Virus record (IMG/VR): IMGVR_UViG_3300027811_000003
Coordinates: 1-64,000 of that record
Direction: 5' to 3' (one strand)
DNA from: a virus
Length of the DNA stretch: 64,000 nucleotides
How positions within the stretch are numbered: the stretch's first letter is position 1; every line of letters starts with the position of its first letter. Both the position numbers and the translations under genes were made by a program. The notes below the pieces were generated by a model, which was not told the DNA's origin, did no database searches, and worked only from the letters and a program-made list of their open reading frames with translations. Below are positions 28,760-40,640 of the stretch, piece by piece.

Positions 28760-28833
28760 CGATCCTGAGAGGATTCGAACCTCTGGCATCCGTCTTAGAA
28801 GGGCGGCGCTCTATCCAGCTGAGCTACAGGACC
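28760..28833 (-). tRNA. tRNA-Arg(TCT)
   Basis: GGTCCTG/CAGGATC acceptor, CTTCTAA loop, GGTTCGAATCC. Confidence 0.9.
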
Positions 28834-30518
28834 AAAACCACCCCGGAAGACAATTAGAAGTCGTCTCCACTCACGACACGTTTACATGACGTCTCGCTAG
28901 GGCGGGTACAATCTTACAACACGATTCCAGTCACGATGAGTCCGTCTGACCTCAGAGTAGTAGCATTTTCTACTTTGAGGTCAGCCCACTTTCCACGGGT
29001 GTCAGTGTCGTAGTCTGTGAACAAAAGCTTGTAAAGCTGATCTGCTGTCTTGAGATCATCCGTACTCATTTCGCCAATGTTGGTGTACTTTCTGTCGATG
29101 CGAGAGAACAACTTGAATTCGTAGTCTGACATCGAAACAAAGAAGACGTCAGTGCTTTCAGGAATTTGCTGATACACGATCAAGATGTCTTTGATCACAG
29201 ACGCACCAACCCGTAGCTCACGTTCGTCTTGACGTCATCGTACTCTCCGATCGGCCAAGGCAGCGGGCACTGCCTCATTACGAGACCGACGACATCACCT
29301 TCGTGACAGTAGACTCGAGCTTCCTGTCGCTTCGACACGCGGCACTTCGACTTGTCGTCGCGGGCAGACCTATTGACGATTCCCCAGAACCACTTCTTCT
29401 GGGTCACTGGATTCGTACCTGGAACGAGAAACCGATAGTTACCACCGCCGTCGTCGTACATCTTCTTTGGACAGCTACCGTTGTTCGACATTGTTGCTCC
29501 TTTGTTTATGAAGAGATTGTAACACTGAATTGCTGACTTAAATAAACTCAACGTAGAATGGCCTGCTTTTAATTTCGCTTCCATTCTTGAAGGCTATGAA
29601 CTCGCCTTCTCCGCCGAGAAGACCAGTCAATCTTTCTGCGCTGTCGAATCCGATGACTTTCGCGTAATCACACGCAGCAAGCAGCACGCTTTTTGACTTG
29701 ATGCATCTGCAAAAATTTCCTCCGTTCGACGTGATCTTGTACATGTCTTTCACCCGCTAGAGTCGACAGCTCTCTCCATGTCTACTTCTGGAAAACGATC
29801 GTAGAAAGCGTAGAACTCTTGACCAAACCACGTGTTCTTCTCTTCCTGAGCGTAGTCCTTGACTTCTTGTAACGAGACGCCGAGCCTAACGACAACCTTT
29901 CGCTTTGACCGAGAGTAACACGATCCGCGTCCTGTCACGATCCATCCCGTGTCTGACACGAACAACTCGTCAGCAGTCTTCATCGCTGACCTCCGACGAT
30001 CTCCTCGATCTCGTCTTCAGAGTAGAGAGGAACGCGGATCCCGGGACGACCGTCGACAAACTTGACGTGCTCGGGAACGAGACTACCGATGTCAGGATCG
30101 ATCGCTGACGCAGCGAGATCCTTGAACTTCAATTCTGCCTGCTCTTGACAATCGGGATGCAAGTAACCGTGTCGCTGGTCCTTGTGCGTCCCGTTGAGAT
30201 CCTTCAGGCTCCACCCAAACATCGTGTCGATCGGACCGTGGCACTCGAGGCACTCTGGGCCTGCCCTGACGTTCTTCAGCGTGTCCTTGAATGGATTGGA
30301 GGACAAGCTCTTTCCACTTCCCTCGTACCTTCGAGAGGACTTCCGATCGTGCTTCTGATTCCTGTTGTCGTTGCTCATGTGTTGAACTCGTTTTGCTTTG
30401 ATTCGAGTGACGGGAACCGCCCGCCGCGGGTCACTTGAAGATTTCGTAGTACTTGCCGAGCGCGTAAGCTGCACAAATCACGCAGATAGAATAAAAAATC
30501 ATCTCATTAAGATTCATG

Positions 30519-30755
30519 TCATTCCTCGTAGCTTCGTGAGATCTTCAGATACGCTTCAGTGATCTCAGGGTCGTTGATCAACGCAAGCAAAGCCATGTCA
30601 GCTTGCCAGTGAGCCCACTCATGACCATGATTATCTTGATTTTCAAACGTGGCATCGAGACAATCGATGATGTTCGCCTTCGAAGACTTCTTCGGATCAA
30701 ACCACGATCTGATGTCTTGAATCTCTTCACGTTCAAGATTCATGTCATTCTCCAT
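30519..30755 (-). CDS. Hypothetical protein, tandem duplicate A
   Basis: NLEREEIQDIRSWFDPKKSSKAN and ADMALLALINDPEITEAYLKI identical to copy B. Confidence 0.75.
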   Translation of the reverse strand: MENDMNLEREEIQDIRSWFDPKKSSKANIIDCLDATFENQDNHGHEWAHWQADMALLALINDPEITEAYLKISRSYEE

Positions 30756-30987
30756 AGCTTCGCAAGATCTTCAGATACGCTTCAGTGATCTCAGGATCGT
30801 TGATCAAAGCAAGCAAAGCCATGTCCGCTCGCCAGTGATCATTCGCGCATCGCACATCCGACTGAGCCTCGAACGTTACCTCGAGGCAATCGATGACATT
30901 CGCCTTCGAAGACTTCTTCGGATCAAACCACGATCTGATGTCTTGAATCTCTTCACGTTCAAGGTTTACGTCATTCACGTCGTTCAT
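30745..30987 (-). CDS. Hypothetical protein, tandem duplicate B
   Basis: See copy A. Confidence 0.75.
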   Translation of the reverse strand: MNDVNDVNLEREEIQDIRSWFDPKKSSKANVIDCLEVTFEAQSDVRCANDHWRADMALLALINDPEITEAYLKILRSYGE

Positions 30988-33900
30988 GACTTCACTTCCT
31001 CCGGATACACGTCCTGAAGTTCAGTTACCTTCGCCTTCAAGTCGTCGAGCGCGCTCTCCACGTCGAGAAGTGACAACTCTGAAAGTTCCAGTTCAACGTC
31101 ATCGATGTCGAGATTGTTGTTTTGCATCCTCCACTCGAGGTTGCTGACGTCAAGCGCAAGTTGACTCGCAACCCATTCAGCCTTGTCAAACAGCACGCTC
31201 AACTCTTCAAGATGTTCTTTAGAAATCTTCAACGTTTTACTCCTTGTTTCCGATGATGAGATGATTGTAACACAGAACTACTGAAATGTCATCTCAAAGT
31301 GTTTCTGGAAGTTTCGAACATGTCGACAAACTTGTCCATATCGTTCTTCGACATCTCTCTGTGCTCAACGAACTTGATGAATGATTTCGCTTTCTTGTCA
31401 CGACCCATGACGACCCAATAAAATTGTGCGCCAGGCTGGATCTTGTATCTGTCTTCTTCATCTACCGCGCTGTTGTAGAGCTCAGCTTGCTCTTCAGGAA
31501 CGCCCTCTGTCGTGAGCTCGACGAGATTAGCACAAAAGTAATCGTCGTGTATCTCAGTGACTGCGCCTTCCCAAACGTACGATATCTTCATGTCACCCTA
31601 ACTCGGTGGAATAAAAATGCCGTTGACAAATTTTACAGGCGTCACTTGAACTTCAAACGAATCGTCGATATAATTTTCGCATGCCTCTAGCGCCTTCGCA
31701 GTCGCCATCTCAGGCGTCCTTGTCTTGATCACCAGATTGATGATTGTCGCCTGCAGGTCTGAGTACAGCTGTACAAAATACGTGTTCATGTTCATTGCGC
31801 CTTTTCCATCTTGCTCCAATCAGCTTCGGAGAAAAGCTTCGACGGCGCTTCAGTGTCATGCTCGTCGACTGCTATGACGCACTTAGTGTACTTCCAACCC
31901 AAGTGAGTTGTCATGACATCGATGCACGTGAACTTAACACCGTTATAAAATCTTTTGCTTGACACTAGATCGTCCATCGTCTTTGCCTCGTCTGCTTGAA
32001 CCCTCATGTATAACTAGCAAAGACAAATAGCTCGAGGTTCGTAACTTGTTAGTTGACTGAAAGCGAGTCTGCCGTCCACTTTTCCCAGTTCTCGTCCAAA
32101 TCGTGAATCGACACTGTGCCAACTTGATCCCGACGCTGAATCAGCGTCCTGGGATCAACGCCAACGAGAACTCCCTTCACAAGTTCACCGTGAGTTTCCC
32201 ACACCTGAAAATACGAGCCGCTCATGCCGGGATCTTTCGGAATGTAAACGTCCTGCTGACTTGGCACGTACTTCACTTCACGATATCGCACGTTGGTCAT
32301 CCTTTCACTACTACATCTTCTTTGAGCTTCAAATTCTTCAACACGTTGTACACTTTTTCAGCAGCGCTGTTCATCCTCTTCATGTTGCCATCTGAAAAAT
32401 TACGTCCCAAGTCTGTCGACGCGCTTATGAGATCTTCGATCATCTCGAACAAGAATTCTTCAATCTCAGAACCGTCGCTCAACGTTATCTTCATTATGGA
32501 GATTGTATTACGAAATTGCTGAACATGTCAAAAACAATCAAACATGAACATGACGACAACCAAGCAACACACCGACGCAAGCAACGCCAATATAGCAGCC
32601 ATCGCGTTTGTCATCAACGCAAGCACGAAGTGGATGAAAAAGAATGTCACGACTATCTTTAACAAGAAGTCTGTGACTGCGCTGAACTGCTCGTTCATGG
32701 TTCGTCTACTTCCTCCATGGACTTCTTGAATTCTTCTACGACGTAAAAGACGAATGCCGCTGGAATCAGAACGATGAGCGGCACGAAGAGTATGACGAGC
32801 CACCTGTACTTGCGAAGTTTGTTCATCATCGTTAAGATCCGTTCGTCAGCTTGAAAAGAAAATCGTGCCTCGGTATAGAACTAACTGAAGCGAGGTAAGT
32901 GAAGTTGTACAACCCAGCGTGCACTTTCTCGATCATACCGATCTTGACAAGCTTCTTAATGAATGCGTCTGTCTTCTGAAGAAAAAACAGTTTCTTGTAT
33001 ACCGGCGTGTTCCAACTGAACGTAGAGACGCAGTCGATGGCGTTTCTAAGCTGATACCACCTGAACAAGTTTCCACGAGATTTCGACAACTCTCTCGTGA
33101 TCAAAAACGCTTCTTCTAACTCATTCATCGCTTCACCCGTTGTTTCGAACTGCATACAGCAACGCAGTAAACGCGCAAATGCAGGCGCTAAACACCTGGA
33201 AGCCTATGCTTTTTCCGGCGTTGTTGTTCAGAATCGCTATGACTGCGTTTACGAAAATGCAGAAGATCATCACCCAAAACATTACGCTATTCATTTTTCC
33301 CTCGCTTCGTTGAGATTTTGATGTTACGAACGTAAAACATGCAATCGGTTATCATCGCTACGAACCTGTCGTTCAACACTCCGTCTGTCTTGTCAAGCAT
33401 TTCTTTCAACGTGTCTTCAAGTCTAACTACGTTCTGGTTTGTGTCAGTCGAATCGAACACGCCGATCCTCATAGCGAAACCGACGCTTCAGTGAACAAGT
33501 CAGAAAGTTCAAGAGGAATCTCGAACGAAGGAACTCTGACAATGGTAGGATTATAAAGAGTGATTGGCTTGCCGCACTTGAGCAAGCGCCACTTGTTGTA
33601 TTCTTTCTCAGCGCAGATAGCTTGCAGCTTGTAGACAGCTTTTCCGTACACGTCGCAAAGCTTGTAGCCAACGACCTCGCCTACGTGAAGATAGACGGAG
33701 CTTCCGTGTCGAACGACATACGACACGTAGTCTCCCTCAACCAACTCGTTGCCCAAAAAGTCTTTCATCGTCTGTTCCTTTCCTTGACTAATCCTTGATT
33801 CGCTTTTCTCAGCTCTTCTTTTCGTTCTATGAAGTCGAGCGCGACGTTCAACGTGCCCAACGTTTGCTTTTGACTTTCCCAGATCGTTATTTGTGTCTTA

Positions 33901-36547
33901 GACAGCTTCACCACCTCGGCACGCAAATTGTCCACGTGACCCAGAGCCTCGTCTATCACTACTTTGTTTTTGTTGTGAGCCACTACCATACCACACAAAA
34001 ACGTTACACAGAGTGTGAGCAGAGACACCACGACCCATCCCAACCACCACATCTTAGTGTACCTGGCGCCTTTGGCTAGCGTCGACACTGGCACTATCAC
34101 GTGTTCCTCAAGCTTCACCGTGTCATACCGTAGACGTTCGCGATGATCAACGGACCGAGCAAAGCCGCGAGAGGCGCAGTCACGACTGCCCAGATGCAAA
34201 CGAGTTCGACTAGCTCTGACAGAAAATCAAATTTGTTGTTCACGTGCGCTCCTCAGTTAAAGCACAGAAGCCGGACTATTCAAATAATATCCAAACCCAC
34301 CGCGTGGACCTATTCCTGGAATTCTATTCAGAAGTCGAGCATCGCACATCTTCTTGAGAAGCGACGACAATGAGTCAAGTCTAATTCCAGTTCTTTTCGA
34401 AATGAAAGTCGAAGTGCAGGTCAAGTTTTTAGCATGCACGTCGTATGCAAACATTCGCAGCACTTTGACGGTATTGTTGTTTGGTTTCATATCACTTCCT
34501 GTTCAGCTCGTTGCAGAGGTCGTCCAAGCTAGAGAACGAAATTACAGCAAACGATTCTTCAACGACTTGATTGCTTGCGTAGTTGTACAGCTCGATGCGG
34601 ACGTCAAGTCGACGAATTCCCTCGAAGTTGTAAACTCTCGAACCCCTTGCTTCGACGAGCTTGATCGTGTCCAATTCGTATTCTTTCACGAAAGCAGAAG
34701 CATCTTGAACTTTTGCTGCGAGAGTAAGTCTGTGTGTAACGTCGTCGTCGTACGTCTTGACAGTACGTGCGTTGATAAACACGATGTCCTTGCAACCGTC
34801 ATCTGGCCAGCGCAGCGCTCCTTCTAAAGTCAATTTCATGAATTTGTCCTCGTGGTCTTTGGAAACTGAATGATTTTGCACTCGTTGTCTTCACTCTTCA
34901 ATCTCTTCGCCAATCGTTCTTCGATCAGTATTACGTACGTGTTCTCTGGAACTCCGAGGACTTCGTCGTTTGTCCAGAAGAAAGACCCGTCGCTTGGAGT
35001 CCAGAAGTGGATAAGCGAGTCAAATCTAGAAGCCTCGTTCTCTCCGCACAAGGCGAGCAGCGTAGACAAGAAATTAGAAGTCATGTTGTCCAATTCGCCG
35101 TTTATCTCTTCGTAGATCGATTCACCGTCCTTAGACATCTTGGCGAAATATGATCTTGAGAGTTGAGGCATACGAATTGCTTTCCTATTGCTTGACGACG
35201 TAGTGAAAGATGGCAGCAGTGAAACAACCGAACCAAAGCCAAGTCAAAAGAAAAAGCATTTCAGAGTTCCTTAAGCAGCTCAGTCGGGTCTACGTAGTTC
35301 TCGTTTGGCGTCGTGAGACACTCGTCGTAATAAGACCTAGGAGAATTCCCGTCGGAAAAATATCCCCTAGCTTGACGCATCTCGAACTCCTGTATGTCAG
35401 TCAACTCTACTTCAAGTTCCTCGTTCACTATCTTGTTCAGCGCCGTCAGCCACTCCTTGAACGTCAGATTCATTTTCGCTTCCTTTCAGTTTGTTGATTT
35501 CGTTCAACCTGCTCCACCGTCTCGTCTTCAAGATCGACACTTTGTATTCAAGAACTCTCAACGCTGACAACGGCAACCCTTCGAACGTGTCAGCGTCGTC
35601 TAGATTCTTTGCCAACGTTCCAACTCTCAAGCAACGTCTAACGTGAGTCCATTTTCTGAAAAATGTGGCGTCTCTCTCTTCTACCCAAGATAATTTTCTA
35701 TCACCGCACTTCTTCAAGTATTGCCCGTCAGGACTCCTTATCTTGTACATCAATTGACCGTTCTTGATCGTCAAGCTTTGTCGTCCCACGAACACGGAAG
35801 ATTGTCTTCGACTTTGAACATGTAGGCCATCACTGCTTCGCTGTTCAAATTCGTGACGTATTTGATGGCTACTTCGTAATACGTTCCAAAGTCGTGCGAA
35901 TTGCTCTTGACAACGTACGACGACCCGTTCGGAGGTTCACCAAATCGCTTGACGAGCAACGCGATGAACCTTTCGCACTCGGCTCGTGCTCTCAACTCGT
36001 ATCCTTCTTCTCCAACCTGAGCACAAGGTTCGTCGCACGGAGTTGGTCCCAGCTCAAAGTATTCGATCACGCTTGCTCCTTTCGATCGTTTCGATGATCT
36101 CGTATCAAAAATCATCCCAAATACATGTGATCAAGAAAGAAAAAACCAAAAATATCGCCACACAGAGCACGCCGAAAAGCACAATCCCAGTGACATGCGG
36201 CTGCAACCAAAAGCACAATCCAATCGCAGCAAACGCAAGTACCACGACTACAAACTTCCCTTCAAACGTAAGCTCCATTTTTCTCCTCATTGTCACATTG
36301 TACAACGTAATTTCTTAATGATTTTTTTCGTTTGAACCCGTCAAACGCTCTCGCTCGTATTCTAATTCTATTTCTCGTAACAGCTTTCTGCTTTCGTCTA
36401 TCGACTCGTTCATCGCTTTCTTGGAGTCGTTCATCAAAGCGAAAGGAAAGCATATCGCGAAAAGCAAGGCGAGCAAGACGAGAGTCACGAGCGCTTTGAT
36501 CGCGACCACGAAGCTGACTAAACCGACGATGATCTCGATGAGTTCTA

Positions 36548-36967
36548 TCATTCGTTCACGTCAACGACAAGTTCTCTGTTCAAGTACTTTATCGTGTTGC
36601 TCTCGCATTCGACTGAGCAAAACGAATCTCCGTGAAACACGTCGCCGCCGCAGTCAGCACAAACACCGCTTGGAATGATTAATTCGACAGTCGCGTCGTC
36701 TAACTCTTCGTACAAGAGTTTGTGACCTTCATCGAGCATGAACTGGCTCGCAGTCGGATCAACTACGTCTCCGTCTTCAGTCACGCACCACCAATGTTGA
36801 TATCTGCCAGCAGAACAATAAACGAATCCCCTAGCACGTCGAAGTTCTGGGAAGTCGTCTACCATGTCTTCTGTCGCAGAAGAACACGTTCCTTTCACTG
36901 TGTGTCCATGCGTCCAACAGTCATGCTCGTAGCTTTCAATCCACGTAGTGTATTCTTGCTTCATCAA
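36548..36967 (-). CDS. Putative transglutaminase-like (Cys-His-Asp) protein with C-terminal Zn ribbon
   Basis: GTCSSA...QHWWC...VDPTASQF; CADC...FCSVEC. Confidence 0.55.
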   Translation of the reverse strand: MMKQEYTTWIESYEHDCWTHGHTVKGTCSSATEDMVDDFPELRRARGFVYCSAGRYQHWWCVTEDGDVVDPTASQFMLDEGHKLLYEELDDATVELIIPSGVCADCGGDVFHGDSFCSVECESNTIKYLNRELVVDVNE

Positions 36968-37013
36968 AAACCTCCTTGAAACATTTTAACACTGATATAC
37001 AAAATGAAAAAAC

Positions 37014-37051
37014 TCTGGTGGCAAGGACGCCCATTGACCCTTGCCACCAGA
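37014..37051 (-). terminator. Intrinsic terminator (13-bp stem); second hairpin at 37056-37084
   Basis: TCTGGTGGCAAGG...CCTTGCCACCAGA followed by T-run on - strand. Confidence 0.75.
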
Positions 37052-37099
37052 TAAAGTCAACGAGCATGCACTCAACTCGTTGACGTTTCCGCTACACTG

Positions 37100-37651
37100 C
37101 TAGACGACAGGCGTCTCGACAGGAGCAGGAATTTCAGCGACAGGCGTCTCAGCGACAGGAGCAGGAGTCTCAGTGACAGGAGCAGGAGTCTCGACGACAG
37201 CCTTCGGTGCGCGTTTCGGCTTCTCGACGACGGGCGTCACGACCGCGAGAACTGCGAGAGCAGCCTTGAACGCGCCTAGAATCTCGTCATCCGACTTGTC
37301 AAAGTCAATCTCGCCTCGCACTCGACCGAGGTGCTTCGCCTTCGCCTGCTCCTCGGAAATCTGCACGACTGCTGGACTGTCAAGCGTGAATCCCGCCAGA
37401 GTGACTCGACCTCCACGTCGAGCAATGCAAAGCTGCTTGTTCTTGATACCATTCGCGGCGTCAGTCGCGTTGCGAACGTGGTGGAAACCAGTCTTGTCCT
37501 CGACGAGGAAATCGCTGTTGGTAGTGACGAGCTCGAGAAGGGTCGGAAGAAGATGACTTCCCTTGACGACACGCTGTCGACGCTCGAGACTCTCCTGCTC
37601 CGCCTTCGCCACAGCCTTCGCGAAAAGTCCATCCAAAGTAGTGTTGCTCAT
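37100..37651 (-). CDS. Hypothetical protein with (ETPAPV)n low-complexity tail
   Basis: Own promoter TTTACA-17-TACAAT (37729-37757) and terminator. Confidence 0.75.
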   Translation of the reverse strand: MSNTTLDGLFAKAVAKAEQESLERRQRVVKGSHLLPTLLELVTTNSDFLVEDKTGFHHVRNATDAANGIKNKQLCIARRGGRVTLAGFTLDSPAVVQISEEQAKAKHLGRVRGEIDFDKSDDEILGAFKAALAVLAVVTPVVEKPKRAPKAVVETPAPVTETPAPVAETPVAEIPAPVETPVV

Positions 37652-38071
37652 TTCGTTCTCCGTTTCTTTCGTTTAAGTTTCCGCCATCTTGTTAAGTTTG
37701 ACGGAGGCGGCCGTCATTTTATGAAAACATTGTACAACGTCAAATAGAGAATGTAAATCACTGTTGATTTGTCGTTATGCTAGAAGCTGTGCCACGACGA
37801 CAATATCTCTTTTGAGTTACAACTGCACAAAACAACGAGCACAACCTGAAATCAACGTTGCCATTCTCTATTTTCAATAGATATGTTTTCCGGCCGTTCA
37901 TTTCACTTCCGCACGTTGGGCAATGAAACGCCAAATGACTCTTGACAAAACGCTGGCTGTCCTTGACTGCACGTTCCATTTCTTTTTCGTCCTTGTCGTC
38001 TTCTACAAGCACGCCTTCTATGATTTCATCGATGCACTCGTCGTCTGGAATAATGAGCTCGTATTCGCTAG

Positions 38072-38374
38072 TCATCTAGTCACCAAGAAAAGCAGCGTGT
38101 TGTTCACTACTGTGGCAAAATACGCAAAAACTGAAATGACCAACACGACATTCACTGTTCTATTGTTTCTCAACGCGAAGTAAACAGCAAGCGCCGTTCC
38201 GATGGAAATCTTGAACAACAAGAACGTCGTGACATCATTCTCGAGCAAATTGTTCATGATTGGATTCAATTCGACGTTCCCAGCGTTTATCGAAAGAACA
38301 GTTGAAATGGCGTCAAAGACGTTCAAGATGAAAAAAGAAACAGCTAAAGCGATTACATGTTTACGAACCATCAC
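38072..38374 (-). CDS. DUF5658-like membrane protein
   Basis: LNVFDAIST...ELNPIM; hydrophobic helices. Confidence 0.6.
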   Translation of the reverse strand: MMVRKHVIALAVSFFILNVFDAISTVLSINAGNVELNPIMNNLLENDVTTFLLFKISIGTALAVYFALRNNRTVNVVLVISVFAYFATVVNNTLLFLVTR

Positions 38375-38928
38375 TGAGTTTTCGCCAACTTTTCTATCAG
38401 GTTCAGAAACTCGTTCCAGTGCTTGACTCTGTGCGCGCATTTGCAGTTTTTGTTCCACGGCGCGTCAAACACGACTGCAGGTTTTCCAGATTGAGTCCAC
38501 TCTTGAATGTTGTGAGGACCGTCATCCAGCAGGATGTCTCCCTGCAACAGACCCTTTCTGTGTATGGCGACAAAGTTATTGAGGTCAAACCACGGCATGT
38601 TACGTCTAAGCCACTCTAGTTTGCCATTGTACACTACGCCGGCGCAGCGAGGGACAGCTGACGCTATGACGACGTCGTGTCCAGCGTCTATGAGCTTCTT
38701 CATGCCGTATATCGCGCCTTCTACTGGCGCAAGATCCCGCATCAGTTCAGGATATCTCATCATAGATCTGATGAAATCTTCCGATCCCTGTCCCAACGTA
38801 CTTTCCATCCGCCAGTCCTTGATGTCATCTCTCATCACGCTTGTGTGTTTGTCTTCGTTCCAGTATTCGAGCATGCGTTCGACGAACCTGCAAATTACTT
38901 CGTCTTGGTCGACGATTATTCTCATCAA
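38371..38928 (-). CDS. 5'(3')-deoxyribonucleotidase (HAD family)
   Basis: IVDQDEV, K..WL, LLDDGPHN, FDAPWN. Confidence 0.85.
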   Translation of the reverse strand: MMRIIVDQDEVICRFVERMLEYWNEDKHTSVMRDDIKDWRMESTLGQGSEDFIRSMMRYPELMRDLAPVEGAIYGMKKLIDAGHDVVIASAVPRCAGVVYNGKLEWLRRNMPWFDLNNFVAIHRKGLLQGDILLDDGPHNIQEWTQSGKPAVVFDAPWNKNCKCAHRVKHWNEFLNLIEKLAKTQ

Positions 38929-39528
38929 TACTCCAAATTGAATCCGTGAAGATGACCCCACGGCAGAAACACCGTCGGAAGTTCTTTACAACTTTGTATC
39001 CATTCGATGATAGGAATAATACCACGACTTTTCAAAAAGTCATTGAAGTTTTTCTTATTCGACTTTTTATATTCTTCGAGATTTTTATCGTATTCTTTCC
39101 TCAACCTCTTTAGCTCGCCTATCGTCATGTCGTCTGACGCGAGCGTAGGAATGAAGTATTCTGGCTTGTATTGCGGCTCAAGCGTGTTCTTTCGCTCTTT
39201 CACGTGTGTGATGTACTCTTCTTGAGCAGCTTCGACGATCAGAGACAACTTGTCTTGTAGCATGTCTTCACACCAATAATATTCAAACTTGTCAAATTCG
39301 TTGCAACGATCGTGTTCGATAGCGAATATCATTCTTTCTCCAAGTTCACGTCTTTCAAGTATTCTGGGAAGGCAGTCATGTCGTCATGACAATAGCTTAC
39401 GCCGATTTTGACGTTAAGAAAATCCAGTATGTCATTTGGACTTATGTTTCCTGCTACTTTGACGAGTTTGCCGTTCGCGTAAAGCGCTTTGCGATCGTAG
39501 TCATCGTTAACGACAACGAATCTGTGCT

Positions 39529-39993
39529 TCATTTACCGTCCCTCTCGTAGATCAAACCCCTGAGATAGTGAACGAGATCAAGCGCTTCCTGATACGCGTC
39601 TACGAGAAAGTCACGCCCGTTGTTCGGTTGCAGATACGTGCCGTACTTCTTGAGACCAAACTCTGCACGTTCAGAGATGTCAGTTGCAACGAGATCCTTG
39701 ACTGCGGGAAGATCGTTCTTTATCGGAGTTGGCTGAGCAAACGAATCAGTCAACTTGTCGCACTTTTCTTTATACAGGTTGCTGAACTGTCCAGACGGCG
39801 GTGGCGGCCTTTCTGTGAATTGGTAACTATCGTTGACGCCTCCCTTGCAAAGATATCCCTCTCGCAATTCATCGTGAAGTTGTTCGCTAAAACTTTTTTC
39901 ACATAACTTCTTGTCAAGATTCTCCGCGAGCTTTGCTTTTTCGCACATCTTGTCACAACCATGAGGGTCTCCAAAAAGCCAATTCCAATTCAT
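39529..39993 (-). CDS. Protein with C-terminal all-alpha NTP-pyrophosphohydrolase-like domain
   Basis: RAEFGLKKYGT.L....GRD.L.DAYQEALD...Y. Confidence 0.5.
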   Translation of the reverse strand: MNWNWLFGDPHGCDKMCEKAKLAENLDKKLCEKSFSEQLHDELREGYLCKGGVNDSYQFTERPPPPSGQFSNLYKEKCDKLTDSFAQPTPIKNDLPAVKDLVATDISERAEFGLKKYGTYLQPNNGRDFLVDAYQEALDLVHYLRGLIYERDGK

Positions 39994-40640
39994 ATTCTTG
40001 CTCCTTGCTCGTTAACTTCGTGGAAATAGACAAAGATCAACGGACACACCTTCATCAGCTCGTCCTCGATCATCGTGGCGATCTCTCTCATCTGCGGATT
40101 AGCTGCCTTTGAAGTTCTCAAGTTGATGAAGTGCACCCACTCTCTGAAGTTTGCCGTCATGACGATCTCTGTCTTGAGACACGTCGGAAGAACTGAGCGA
40201 GCGATCTGCGGAGTCACGCCAGTTAAAAGCAAATTTAAGTACGTTTGTTCTGAAATTTGACACGCTGACCTCCAACAATCAGATTGAGTGAAAGTCAATC
40301 CTGGTGGTTCTACCACAGAAATTTCATTACCGAACTTTTCTTTGTTGTACGCGCAGTATCTCGTGCTCTCTTGACTGTAGCTCGCGATTCGATGTCTGAC
40401 GATCTCGTGCGAAACTCCTCTGTCACACAAGATGTGAAACGTCGCAGACGCGTGTTCGATCACTGACATGTGATTTTTGTTGAGACAACTTTCAACGAGT
40501 CTCTCGGCAGTTCCAGGACCGATCTTGTCTTCACTCTTGTAACAAGTTCTAGCAGCGCGTTCTATCAACTTTAAAGAATCTTGTGTGACAGAAAGCAACT
40601 CTACGCTTTGTTTTACGATCTTCAAGCTTCGTCCTTCCAC
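39990..40640 (-). CDS. thyX: Flavin-dependent thymidylate synthase
   Basis: H.SVIEH, RHRIASYSQESTRY, ARSVLP, NFREW. Confidence 0.95.
   Translation of the reverse strand: MEGRSLKIVKQSVELLSVTQDSLKLIERAARTCYKSEDKIGPGTAERLVESCLNKNHMSVIEHASATFHILCDRGVSHEIVRHRIASYSQESTRYCAYNKEKFGNEISVVEPPGLTFTQSDCWRSACQISEQTYLNLLLTGVTPQIARSVLPTCLKTEIVMTANFREWVHFINLRTSKAANPQMREIATMIEDELMKVCPLIFVYFHEVNEQGARI

Larger units (their letters stand above)
26898..36551 (-). other. Long run of ~30 small hypothetical genes interspersed with the tRNAs
   Basis: Abutting - strand ORFs (e.g. 27129..27572, 27594..27932, 28041..28397, 28394..28744, 31289..31591, 34492..34881, 35771..36115); no motifs recognised. Confidence 0.6.
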
